Below are positions 12,353 to 26,039 of a DNA stretch of 64,000 nt, in pieces (the stretch's first letter is position 1; every line of letters begins with the position of its first letter). The stretch spans positions 21,454,001 through 21,518,000 of the forward strand of contig CM052816.1 of NCBI GenBank assembly GCA_028534125.1, written 5' to 3'. The translations under genes were made by a program, and so were the position numbers. The DNA comes from Lama glama. Taxonomy: Eukaryota. A model generated the notes under the pieces. It was not told the DNA's origin. It was given only the letters and a program-made list of their open reading frames with translations, and did not search any database.

Positions 12353-14514
12353 AGGACAAGGGAAAAACACCCTACAATCACAAGTTAGTACCTATTGTTT
12401 GTGAGAGTGATATTGTGTAAGTCTATCAGTTTGAAACACCCAGAGTTAGTATGTCCTTGGGGCTATTTGTCCTGAGTAGCCCGAGAATAAATGCCCAAAG
12501 CAGCACTCAGGAAGATCCCACAGGACAAAGGACAGCTTTTCTTTCACTGACCACAATTTTAACTGTAATATTTTTAAATATTCATATCATCAGGTACTTA
12601 TGAGTGACCTGGTTTATAAAACAGTTAATTCTGACAACAACTGAGACTTAGGTTGCATCAGTTACTATAACTAGGCTGAGACAGTTATGTTCAGGGAGCT
12701 CAGGGTTTGTCAGTGTGTGTGTCCTCAAACAGGGCACAAACCTCCTGGGTACACAGGAAGACTTTTCAAATTTTTGAAATCAAACTTTTCCAATTAATGG
12801 AGATTACAGGTCCTTCAAATGAGCAATAAAACTACCTTGCATCAACTGGTACAAATAATGATGCACATAAGGCAGATAGTAATAAAGGTAATAAAGTAAT
12901 AAAAATTTATCAGAGTGTGCCAACAATTTAGGTTAAATGAAAGAAAAAAGAAAAATAGTATTAGGTAAAATTGGGATAGTAAATTTAGAGATAGAGGTTG
13001 TTCAGAGATTATAATGTTATTTCCCATTCATTTCACTTAATTCCTTTTTCAAGTCTACGAGAACAAATGTAATTCATCTTCTACCCATCGGTGGTCAGCC
13101 TCACTTTCTGATAAGAGGCAAGAGCTACAGAGACCTTGGGTTCTGGATTGATCCATTTTAGCTCTGTAAATTATTTAATCTCTGAGTCTTGGTTTCCATA
13201 TTTGTAACAAAAGAATAATACCACCTATTTGATCAAGTCTATATGGAGATTAAATAAGATGTAAACTGTGGAGAATACAGCCTAATGCAGAGAGGCTTGG
13301 GGAAAAGCTGGCATTGGTTGGGGCGAAGGACAAGGGATCAAGTTCCTTGCAAAGAAAGACTTGTGACACTGAGGGAAGATGTCACAGAATCCTTGCCAGG
13401 CAGGGCCCTAAAGAGGCTGCAGCTAGGGGAAGGACATTACCAAATCTAGCAGTTGCTGAAAATCAAGGAGGGCCTTTGCTAAACCCCTCATTAGAATTCC
13501 AAGAAGTGGTATAGTTTCCCTTAGAATTAAAGACAGAAAGTACCCTTATTCCCAAATATGAAACTTAGAATTATTGTCTGTGGAGGGCAAAGCTAACAAA
13601 TGGGGTTGAAATAGAACATAAATAATCCCTACGCAACTGCTCAGACTGCAGCACTAATGGGGTCTTAGGATCAATAAACTAGAGCTGAGAAGTTACCAGC
13701 TTTGGAATGAGGGGAAGATCAGAGGGAGAAGCCCTCCAAGGGAGCCACAAGGTCAGGGCAAACAGACAAAAACTTTGGGCTCTGCTGGGCCAGGGATGAT
13801 TCTCTGGCAGAACGTGAACAGATCACTCTATGAACAACTGGAAGAAGGACCACGAGGTCCCTACAAAGAACACTTCACACTGCCAACTTACTACACACCT
13901 GTTGAATTTAAAGGGACCTGTCTGGGTGGGTATTGGCTCTATGGATGACAAAGGGGACAGGCCCAAACTACAGAAGGGAAGAGACACCACACTCACAGTG
14001 CACAGGATGGCCCCCTTGCCTTTCAACGCCTCTGCAACATTCTAGTAGTACTTCTGGTTTCATTGCCACTGCTTTTGGTTTTTATAAACTGTGAAAAATC
14101 AACAAAGTATCTCAAAATTGAACACTGTGATTTACACTGATTCCTATGCTAAAAAAAAGAAATAATGTAGAGAAAAGCTCAAGCTCTATACTCACCCGTG
14201 GCTAGTGGCTAGCTTTCTTGTTTTCAGGAGAAGGGAGTCCATTTTCTTGTTTCTCTGCTGTCCAGCCTCAGGACTGCCTGCTTTGCAGAGAAGTCCAGGG
14301 CCTACTGCCATCTGCAGGCAAAACAAGGAAAAAACACAAATTATGGCTCAAATCACCTACCTGAAGCCCCCAGCCTGGGCCTGTTCCCGGGCAGCTGGAA
14401 GACCTGGGTCCTGTCCTGGTGCAAAGAACAAGAGTCCTCAGTTGTGTGTTTAGGATCCCACCACAGAACGCTGACAGTAGAATTTCTAAACAACTGAGGG
14501 CTCAAGTACTTGCT

Positions 14515-14534
14515 AGCAGCAGCAGCAGCAGCAG
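14515..14534. repeat. (AGC)6 short trinucleotide repeat
   Basis: Direct reading. Confidence 0.9.
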
Positions 14535-15464
14535 ACCCTCACACAGGCTCACGAGTGCCAGGCAGCGCTCCGAATGACTTGTATTTACTAACTCGTTTAA
14601 TCCTCAAAACACAGGTTCATGTTTTAGGAGGTCTTTGCCAATTTGCCTGATTATTAAGTTAGGCTGAATAATTAAAATGAAGAGCTTGATAATATTCAAT
14701 TACAAAGAAGGGTCAGAATGACAACTCTGTGAGATTCCAAGCATCCTACAGAGCATTAACTCCCCAAGTATTTATCAAGTGCCTATGATGGACCAGACAC
14801 TGCTCTAGGACCTGGGAATAGAGGCATGAACACAAAAGACAAGGTCCTTGCTCTCGTGGAGCTTCCATTCTGGTAGAGGGAGACCACAATAGAAGAGGTG
14901 ATAGATGCTGTGCAGAAGAAAAAGCAAGTTAAATGGGACAGAGAGTGATGATAATGCTGTTAATACTCATTCATTTATTCATTCCTTCCTAAGTGCTTAT
15001 TAACAATCTACAACAAGCAGGATGCAATGATGGGAAAAAAAACCAGACATGGTCCCTGCCTGAAAGGAGTAGTTACTTACATAGGAGACGCATAAAACCA
15101 AATCATCACCTAAATAAATGCAAAGATATTAACCTGTGGTAGGTGTTATGGCAGAATGGCACAGATCCCTATTAAGAGCATCCTAGGGAAGTCTGACCTT
15201 GTCTGGAGCCTCAGGAAGGCCTGGGATGAGTGTGAAGAGGTGAAGCATCCTTGGTAAAAAGCAGATCAGGTGTAAAGCGTGGATCCTGGACAGCAAACCA
15301 GAGGCAGAACAGGGAGGAGGCAGGGGAGGTGGAGAAGGGGTGTGGGCCCTTGTATAGCACTCCTAGCCATGAGAGGTCCTTATCCTCTGAGACCTGTAAC
15401 ACCACCAAGCGCCTAAGGCAGAGGAGTAATGTGGCTGATGTGTGTTTTTAAAAGATTACACTAT

Positions 15465-15890
15465 GTGGTAAGCTGAGTAATGGCCCTGCAAAGATGTCAA
15501 TGTCTGAATCCTCAGAAGCTGAGTATAGTCCCTTACACAACAAAAGGACACTGCAGATGTTATTAAGGATCTTGAGATGGAGAGATTATCCTGGATTATC
15601 CCAGTGGGCCCAATGTAATCACGTGTCCTTATAAGAGAGAGGCAAAGGAAGATTTAACTAAAGAAGAAGTGCAAGACACATTTTTTACTTTTAAAGATGA
15701 AGGAAGCATCCATGAGCCAAGGAATACAGGAAGCCTCCAGACGCTGGAAAAGTCAACAAAATTACTCTCCTCCAGAGTCTCCAGAAGGAAAACAGCCTTG
15801 CTGAAACCTTTAGAACCATAATTAATAAATTTGGATTGTTTCAAGCCACTGAGTAGTAATTTGTTACAGCAGCAGTAGACTAATAAACAC
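15465..15890 (+). mobile_element. MLT1-type (MaLR) solo LTR
   Basis: TGTGGTAAGCTGAGTAATGGCCC..AAAGATGTC..GAGATTATCCTGGATTATCC..GTAATTTGTTACAGCAGCA. Confidence 0.8.
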
Positions 15891-16529
15891 TTGCTTCCGT
15901 AAAACACAGACTAGAGGTAAAGGGAAGGAGAGGCAGGGAGCAGCTGGAGGTCACTATGTTATCCAGCAATAGATGTGAGACTGTGAACCACAGCGGTGGC
16001 AGTGAGGTGGAGAGAAGCTGAAGGACACCAGGAGATGAAGAGTTGGCTAGGCAAAGGTCTTGCTGCAACAAGGCAGACATAACTGGAATGCCGCAGAAGG
16101 CCTTCCTCAGGCTCAGGACCTGGCTGACTCACCCTGGGCAGAGCCCACCACTCTTTGTAGAAGGAAGAAGCCTGTATTATGGCTGTAAGATCACCTCCAG
16201 ATAGAGACATCATTTGCTCACTTAACAGGGACCTGCTAACTCCATTCCCACAAAGGAGTACAGGGGTTTCCAGGAACAAACTCTAAGAAGTACTAAGAAT
16301 AACATCCTTGGAATTTCTACTAGGCAAAAAGTAGCAGTTGTTTCTGCCAAGCATTTGGACTTGCAGTGAACCATTTTTTCCTTCCTAATGGAGAGACTTT
16401 GTAATCCTGGGGAGGAGACATCTATATTTAAATACATGTATCTTCAATCTAGGTGAAGCAGAACCATGATTATATCCAACATGTAGAAATTTAATTGTCA
16501 GTGGGATAATGCAGAATAAAAGAAAGAGA

Positions 16530-18090
16530 GTAAAGCAATCCTGAGGAAAAAGAACCAAGCTGGAGGCATAACCCTCCAAGACTTTAGATAATACCACAGA
16601 GTTACAGTAATCAAAACAGCATGGTACTGGCACCAAAACAGACATATGGATCAATGGAACAGAATAGAGAACACAGAAATGCCCAGAAATAAACCCACAC
16701 ACCTACAGCCAATTAATCTTTGACAAAGGGAGCAAGAACATACAATGGAGAAAAGACAATCTCTTCAGAAAGTGGTGTTGGAAAAGCTGGACAGCTGTTT
16801 ATAAATCATGGAAGTCAGGACAAATCCTCACACCATACACAAAGATAAACTCATACTGGCTTAAAGACTTAAAGATAAGACATAACACCATAAAATTCCT
16901 GGATAAGAACTTAGGCAAGACATTCTCTGACATAAATCATACCGTTTTCTTAGGTCAATCTCCCAAGGCAACAGAAATTAAAGCAAAAATAAACAAATGG
17001 GACCTAATCAAACTTATAAGCCTTTGCACACCATAAACAAAACAAAAAGTAACCTATAGGATGGGAGAATGTATTTGTAAACAATGAGAACAACAAGGGC
17101 TTAATTTCCAGAATATACAAACAGCTTATACAACTCAATAACAAAAAGAAAAACAACCCCATAAAAAAAAATGGGCAGAAGACCTAAATAGACAATTCTC
17201 CAGAGACAGACAGATGACTAATAGGCACATGAAAAGATGCTCAATTGCAATTATTAGAGAAATGTAAACCAAAACTACAATAAGGTACCACCTCACACTA
17301 GTCAGAAATGCCATCATTAAAAAGTCTACAAATGACAAATGCTGAAGAGAGTGTGGAGAAGAGGGAACCCTTCTATACTACTGGTGGGGATGTAAATTGG
17401 TGAAAACATCATGGAGAACAGTATGGAGATTCCTTAAAAAACTACAAATAGAGTTGCCATATGATCCAGCATTCCCAGTTCTGGGCATATATTCAGAAAA
17501 AACTCTAATTTGAAAACACTCATCCCAATGTTCATAGGAGCATTATTTATAATAGCCAAGACAGGGAAGCAACCTAAATGTTCATCAACAGGTAAATGGA
17601 AAAAAGATGCGGTATATATACACAATGGAATACTACTCAGCCATAAAAAAGTATAAAATAATGCTACTTGCAGCAACATGGATGGAACTAGAGATTATCA
17701 TACTAAGTGAAGCAAGCTAGAAAGAGAAAGATAAATACCGTATGGTATCGCTTACATGTGGAATCTAAAATATGACACAAATGAACTTATTTAACAAAGC
17801 AGAAACAGACTCACAGACATAGAAAACAAACTTATGGTTACCAAATGGGGAAGGGGATGAAGGCAGGATAAATTAGGAGTCTGAGATTAGCAGATATAGT
17901 ACTATATATAAAATAGATAAACAACAAGGTCCTACTGAATAGCACAGGGAACTATATACTCAATATCCTGTAATAAACCATAGTGGAAAAGAATATGGAA
18001 AAGAATATGTATATATAAGTATAACTGAATCACTTTGCTGTACACCAGAAACTAACACAATATTGTAAATCAGTTATACTTCAAAACAAC
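16530..18090 (+). mobile_element. 5'-truncated L1 (ORF2 C-terminal region and 3' UTR)
   Basis: AAAGCAATCCTGAGGAAAAAGAAC...CATGGTACTGGCAC...ACCAGAAACTAACACAATATTGTAAATC; degenerate, with stops. Confidence 0.9.
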
Positions 18091-18131
18091 TTTTAATTTA
18101 AAAATAGTTATATGTATATATTATTTTTCTG

Positions 18132-18213
18132 ATGACAAAAGTGACATGTTTATTAATGGAAACCAGAAAAACATGACAAAAGTAACATGTTTATTAATGG
18201 AAACCAGAAAAAC
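18132..18213. repeat. 41-bp tandem duplication (1 mismatch)
   Basis: ATGACAAAAGT(G/A)ACATGTTTATTAATGGAAACCAGAAAAAC x2. Confidence 0.95.
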
Positions 18214-19899
18214 TTCCCAACAGACGAGTGATAACTTATTCGGAAATATTTCTGCCAATATTTTTTTGAGATACACATACATACATACACACACACGCAC
18301 ACACACACACACACCCCTTCTTTTACACAGTATTAGGATACTGTATGTATTTTTCTTTTGTAACAGCTTTGTTTTATCTAACAGTATATAATTTTTCCAT
18401 GTCATTAAATACACTTTTTAAAAATTTGGCACTATTCCATCATAGGATGTTATCAAAAATCACTTACCAATCCCTTATTGTACCAATCCCTTATTGCTAG
18501 GCAACGGAGTAGTTTCTAACTTCATGATAACAGAAGTCACAATGGGAGGAAAAGCCCATGTACAAGAACACCTCTACATTTAAAATCTGTGTCTGAAGCT
18601 CAGATGATTTCTTAGGGTCATGTTTCACATATTTCAGTCATCAATATATCACCATTATTATTTTGCCATAATTAAATACCATCCATACTGTACTTAACAT
18701 TTCTCCTTAAATCACCTCATTTCTGCCCTTAAATAAATATTTTAAAAGGAAACCTTATTTACTATTGTAAATGGAAAACCAGCAGCATATGTCATAAACG
18801 GAAGCAACTGTAAAAATAAATACAGTGTAAAACGCAACAGTGTCATGAAAATATAGAAGCTACTGCTACCTCTTTGCTAATCCTCATATATCAAGTGGGA
18901 GATTAGGAAGGCTTGAAAAGGTGTTAAAGACATATGAGCACCAAACAGATTTCTCTCCTTCCCCTGACCAGAAGATTGCAAAGGAATTAACCAGAGGAAT
19001 AATTTTCTCACCGTGAGAGTATTAGATGACACCACAAATGTGTCCCACCTAGAATTACCCAGCACCACCTAAAATGACCTCAAACAGAAACAGGTTTTAG
19101 GATACATGCCTGGAAGTAGATTTATTGGGATAAAAGGTATGGACACTTTAAAAAAGTTTTGACAAACTTCATTCAAGTTAGTTTTACCGTAGTTTTACTA
19201 AGAAAGTGCCCATTTTACTTCATCCTCAAATACTAAGTTTTATAAACAAAAAAGTTAAAATGTTAAGCTTTTTAGTGTAAGATATTCAGCAGCTGAATTT
19301 TCAAAGCTTTTTTTGTACTCCTTTGGCCAGTCTCTGACCCTGGGGGAAGGCCATTATATAAACCTTCAGTTAGTGATAAATTTATACAAATTGATACTGC
19401 ATTTGGTTTAACCAAGCTAAAGTAAACTCAGTAAAACATGAGGAAGTGACTTTAGCACTTACAAATATTTTAGAATGCTTTGGTGCTGGCAAAGGTCAAA
19501 TGAGGATCAGAATAGCATGAATTTGCAAAGTATACTTTTGAGAAATAAGAGACCCAGTGAAGCATTACTCCAGAAATAAAAATCACTACAAATTTTCAGT
19601 AAGTAAATGAGAACTCTAAAAGAAATATGTTTTAGCCTTCCTATGTTGATGTGATAGGCAACTGCGTAAATACATACAGATTAATGCTAACTGCTAAGAA
19701 AAGACTTCTAAAATAGAAAAATAATATTTTGAAGCATGAAGAGTTACTAACAATAGGAAGCTTCCAGATTATTTCAATAATTCCTGGGCAGACCCCTGTG
19801 TGTATATGTGCCTGCAAGATATAAGAAGGGAATTAAAAACATGCTGAAAAGGTTCGGATGAGGTTGGAGATTCTGATTAATTTTTAACACTGATAGGAA

Positions 19900-22800
19900 A
19901 ATATGTTTATCTATGCTTAAGAACTTAATGAGAGCTCCTAATAAACACAGAATTCCAAGTCACTAAATAAAAAGAAGGAAGTAAAGAATGGGGACAAAGA
20001 CACCTTGATGAATCCAGAAAAAGTCATAAGAAAAAAAAAAAAGAACTCACGATAAATACATGGCAAAACAAGATAGCAAAAACAAGGCCACACTTATCAG
20101 TGATCAAAATAAATATGAGTGAATTAAAATTACACTATTAAAAAATCAAGACTTTCAATCTAAATGCCCATTAATGGAAAATGGATAAATTATGATAATC
20201 CATTTAATGTATATGTGTGTGTGTACGTTACAGAAAGAGGCCCATGGCTTACATAGTCTAAAAAGTTGTAGGAAAATATACAAGCAGAGAAAAGGGTCCA
20301 GAAAAACATACCAATTTGGTAAATGTGGTTGCCTATAAAAAGTGGAATTACAAGAGGAGTGGACTTTATTATCTCACTTTATGAGTGTCACTAATGGCAT
20401 GTAATCAGGGAAATAAGAATAAATGAAATAATAAATATAAGGGCAGAATCACTGAAATAGAGGATACAGAGGACAAAAAATAAAGGTGGCTAACAGAACC
20501 AAAAATATTTCTGTGAAAATAGACAAACCTTTAGGGAAACCGAAGAAGAATAACTGACAGAAGATGGGGGAAAAAACTATAGGAAAAAGAGGAAATGACA
20601 AATGTAGTAGATATTTAAAAGCTTACAAAATAATGATATAAATAACTATGTGACAATACATTTTGAAAATATAGATGAATAAATTTCTAGAAAAATTGCC
20701 AAAGTTAGCGTAAAAATTGTTGGAAATGTGAATAGCAGTTTAGCAAATTGGAATCATTTTTAAAACCTCTTCCCCATAAAATCTCAGGCCTGGAAGTACA
20801 TTCTAATAAATTCTAAGGAAGAGACAATCTCTATCTTAAATGTGCTGCTTCAAAAAATGGGAAAAAAAGGAAACACTGTCCAACTTAAGGTTACTATAAT
20901 TTTGAAATTTTGAAATTCTCCACAAAAACAAAAATACAAGCCAGTTACACTAATAAACATGGATGCTAAACACCTAAATAAAATATTACTTAATCAAATC
21001 CAAAAATGTATTAAGACTTTATCATGATAAAGTAATAACGAAACAACTTTTAAAATCGGAAAAATCTTTCAATGTAATTCACCATGTTAATGGATTACGG
21101 AAGAGGTTACTATTGCCCACCATCTCTCTGTTCTCCCTTTCCTCCTGTGAACACCATTACCCTTCGCAGCCACCTTACAACTAGGTGGGACCATGTTATT
21201 TGCCCTTGCCAACAGAATATGAGTTGAAGTGATATTTGTCATCTTTGACCAACAGAAAGGATCTCTTGAAAGACTCGGGTTCTAGCAGATGGGGAAGCAA
21301 CTGGCTAGAAGAAAGAGTGAGTTCCTGAATGACTAAATGAAGAAGAGCCTTACCAGCACCCCTGGACTATGTCATGAGTGATAAACAGGTTCAATTGTTT
21401 AAGCCCTTGAAATGCTGGAGTTGTTACATTAGCTAACATTATATATCCTAGTAATACATGGAAAACTGGGTGGGGGGATCACATGATCATCTCACCAGAC
21501 AGAGAAAGAGCATTTGACAAAGTTCAATAGTAATTCATGATTTTTTAAAAAAACCAACTTTTACAGCAGAATTAGAATAAGCCCCTATCATTTCTATCAA
21601 CTTTTCTTCATAGGTTAATTATTCATTGGTTTAGCCACTACATATGATAAATTTTATTACTAAATTTTTCATTAGAAAGTGGTGCATAGGATTTTATTTA
21701 TTTTCCTTGGTATCTAAGATCCTAAGGAAAGGGACTTCTTTCACTTGATAAAGATTATCATCCACAAACCTATAGCTAACATCATACTTAACAGAGAAAC
21801 TATATCTACAGGGATGGAACACAACAAGGATACTTGTTCCCACCACCATCATGTAGTAGAATTACAGAAGCACTAGCTTCTGTAATCCATGCGAAGATAA
21901 TAAAAGGAAAACAAAAGTATAAAGGTGAAAGAAAAGAGACAAAAGTTGTCAGTGTCTGCAACTGGTATCACTATTTATAGAACTCTCAGGAGAATCCACA
22001 GAAAAACTATTAGAATGAATAGGTGTTCAGAAAGATAGCTATGTAGTAGAGACCAACCTAAAAAGAGCCTAGTGGAGAAAAATTTTAAACTCAAAGTACA
22101 TGAAAGGAAGAATGAATAAATGGAAAGACAGACCATATTCACAGGTGAGATTACTTAACATTGAAAGGTATCAATTCTTCCCAGATAAACCTATGATTTC
22201 AATTAAATTCCAATCAAAATTTCAAGAGGAATTTCTATGAATTTTCCAAAAAGATATTTAAATATTTATACAAGAACAAGTTCATGACAAGCTAAGAAGA
22301 GTTTGAAAAAGAACAAAAAGGTAGAATATTACAGTCATAATAATTTTAAAAATCCAACTGGATTAAAGATGAAAATGTAGAAGAAACAATAAGTTAGTAG
22401 GAAAAAATACAGAAAAAAATTATAAGCTTCAGGTAGGCAAGGTTTTCTTAAACAAGACACAAATGGCATAAACTAAAATGAGGAAAATGATGGATATGAC
22501 TACACAAAGTTTAAAGATTGATGTTAAAAAAAAGAAGTAGACCATAGACTTAAAAGGAAGAGTTAAACTACAAAGCTCTCAGATGAAGACAGGAGTGACT
22601 CTTCATGACCTTGGGTTAGGCAAGGATTTCTTAGATATGACACCAAAAGCACAAAAAATAAAAGAGAAGGTTGGTAAGTTGAACCTCAAAAAATTGATTT
22701 TTTTTTTTGCTTGAAAGAATACCATCAATAAAGTGAAAAGACAACTCACAGAATGGAGGAAACTATTTGTAGCTCATATATCTGATAAAGGGCATGTACT

Positions 22801-24500
22801 GAATATATGTATGTATATGTATGACTGAACTATTATGTTGTATACCAGAAATTGACACAATATTGTAAACTGACTATACTTCAATTTACAAAAGAATATA
22901 TAACTAATTCTTACAACCCAATAACAAAAGATAATCAAATTTTAAAAATAGATCTGAGTAGACATTACTCCAAAGAAGATATCCAAATGGCTAATAAGTG
23001 CATGAAAAGATGCTCAAAATTATTAACCATCTGGGAAGTGCAAATCAAAAAAACTATGAGCTAGAAATTTATACCTGCTAGGACGGCTAAAACAAAAAAT
23101 ACAGACAAGTGTTGGTGAGGATGTAGAGAAACAAACACTCATGCACTGCTGGTAGGATTGTAAAAGTCTGCAGCTACTTTGGAAAACATTCTGGAAGTTT
23201 AAACACAGACATACCATATGATTCAGCAATTCCACTTCTAGGTATATATCCAAGAGAAAAAAAAATATATGTCTACACAAAAATTTGTACATGAATGTTC
23301 ACAAAAGTATTATTCTGCTTTTTGACAAAAACAACCTAAATGTCCAACAACCAATGGATAAACAAAATGCAGTATATCCATATAATAGAATATATTGACC
23401 AATAAAAAGGAACAAATTACTGATACATGCTACAATTTGGATAAACCTCCAAAACATCATGCTCAGTATAAGAAGCCAGTCACAACAAACCACATATTGT
23501 ATAATCCTGTTTATATGAAATGTCCAGAAATAGGCAAATACAGAGACAGAAAGTAGATTAGTGTGCTTGCCAAGGGTTGGGGAGGGGAATATTAATGGAT
23601 ACTAGACACTAACTGCTAATGGAGTAACAAAAATGTTCTAAAATTAAATTATGGTGATAGTTAAACACACTCTGCAAATATATTAAAAACCATGAATTAC
23701 ATACTTTAAATGGGTGAATTTCATGGTATGTAAATTATATCTTAATCAAGCTGCTAATAATAATAAAAAGGAGACCATAAATGACGTTAATAAATGGGTA
23801 ACCAGACTACGGGAAGACTTACAACACTGACATTTCAAGAAGGATTAACATTTTAGTAAGTATACCAATATATAAATATCAAAATGAAAACCAGATAAAA
23901 AATATCAGAAACCTAAAAGAAAAGAGCAAATGAGACAAACAGGCAATTCACGAGCAGAAAACAGTATGATGAGATGCTCAATTAAAACAGAAATGGAGTA
24001 CTGCTTTAACCTACTAGTTTGACAAAAATTAGTAAATTAGATAATAGTAAGTGCTGACAGATGTTGGAAAAGGGAGTCTTCATGCACTCCTGGTGGGAGG
24101 AAATTGATGAATCCATTCTGTAGCACAAAGCAGCAGTTTTTAATAAAAGACATCATGCAAGTATCCTAGATCCAGAAATCTCGTATCTACGGATCTGTCT
24201 CAGAGAAATTCTTGCACAAGAATGGAGACACTGGAAAAGGGTAATTGGTGCAGGTCTGTTCGTGGAAGCAAGGAGTGAGAGGACACCCAATCTATTCTCA
24301 GGAGACTGGTTAAGTACTCGTACATTCCTGATAGAAAATTATGCAACAACCAGGATTAATAAATTAGACTTACATATAGCAATATGGTTTGACAAAAACA
24401 TAATGCTGAGGGGAAAAGAACAGTATGCAGTTTATAACACAATGGTATTTATTTAAATAAGTACCGCAAAAGCAAAACATGACATACCTTTCAAAGACAC
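19900..24500 (+). mobile_element. Cluster of ancient L1M fragments with a nested younger L1M 3' part (about 22550-23765) and a MaLR-like LTR (about 21100-21430)
   Basis: A-rich degenerate ORF2 similarity (ATGATCATCTCA..AAGCATTTGACAAAGTTCAA; GACACCAAAAGCACA; GGTGAGGATGTAGAGAAAC). Boundaries approximate. Confidence 0.7.
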
Positions 24501-26039
24501 ACATTCTCTAAGATATAAGGAAAGGTAGTTTGTAAGAACAAATATGCCACGATGGCTGTCTAAGTTTGTGCATGAGTGGGGAGGAGGGTGTTGAGAAATG
24601 GAGGATAAAGGAGGACACAGCAAAATAAAACAAAATGAGACTCCAAATGGACCAAGGATTATAGTGTGTCATGAACTCAGAATATGAGCAATTCAATTCT
24701 ATAGGCCTGAGATCCTTAGGAAAATTTTTAAAATTCCAGGCATTATTTTCTTGTGAAAAATACAATAAAGTGCCTCACATGCTGGTGGCTAAACCCATGA
24801 ATAATAAAGCCATAAGAAAAGAAGGTAGTGGGGAAGACTGGGTCTTGCTCAGTCTTCAGCTGAGTCATTTAGTTTTCAGGAACATGGAAGCAAGAACCTG
24901 AGTGGCGAAAACGCAGTGGATGGTGTCTACTCCCCGCCCTGCCCCTGCCCCCCACCCCAGACAGAAGATAAGAAAGGAAAAGGAGAGAATCATGAATTAT
25001 AAGAGAGACAAGAGACAGAAAAAAGAGGAGGACATTAGGGAATTCTGAAAAGGAACAGCTCGTCATTACTGAAAGTACACCACAAAAATCAAAGAATCTG
25101 ATTTTCTGGCTCATGATAAAGGCTGTATTTTCTAAAAGCAATTAATACTCAACACGACCCTCGAGGGTAGTACAGAAGGGGCACCCCATGTTTTAAAAAT
25201 TAGGACCTTGGGTCATCTTTTGTCAACTTCAGATGGGGGTTTTCAAAATTAAGATCATTCAAGTTTTCTTTCAGTAATGGGCTTTATGCTCAGATCCATG
25301 TGAGTAGGCTGAGATAAAAGTTGAGAAAAAGGAAGGGGTTCTTGTTATTGCCTACAAAAACTGTCATCACTCAGATGTAAGTTAAATGCTTGCAGAACTT
25401 CACTTTAACACTTAGCACCTTCTCCTATCTACCCAACTGTTCTTGTGGGCACCTTACATATATATTTTCTCTCAGCAGGGAATGGGAAATACCCAGGGAC
25501 AGGGGCTGTCTCCACAGCCTTTAGGTGGAGCCCAGTTCTCACATACCACGAATGAGCTACGTGTATGTTACAAAGGGCAAAAACGTGGGCACTCATCTTT
25601 CACCCTTTACCTGGCAGATACAAGACAGAAAGTGTTCTGGTCTGGGAAGGTCCAGGTTCCCGAGTGCACCCACTCCTGACCATTTCTGACAGCCCCGGGG
25701 TTGGGGCCCCTGCAGAGTCAGCCCCTGTCTTTACCTGGACAGAGCCTTAGGGTGGGGGTGGCATCCTGGTCTAGTTGCTCTCCATGCCTGCGACCAAGAG
25801 AGAAGAGTTGCAAGCTTGCCAGTTCAGGTAACGCTTGGAAGGCACCCCAGCTGCTCCAAATAAACCAGATCTGGAAAACTTAATACTGCTAAACTACACG
25901 CGGTATGGGACCTCGTGCCGAAGCAGAGGAGTTTGATACGTAAGAAAGGGTAAATAAAATAAGAATTCCTCTCTACTGGGCTGAGGCGAGGCGCTCTGCT
26001 TAGCATTTTACCGAAACTGATTTTTACCGAAACTCGGTC

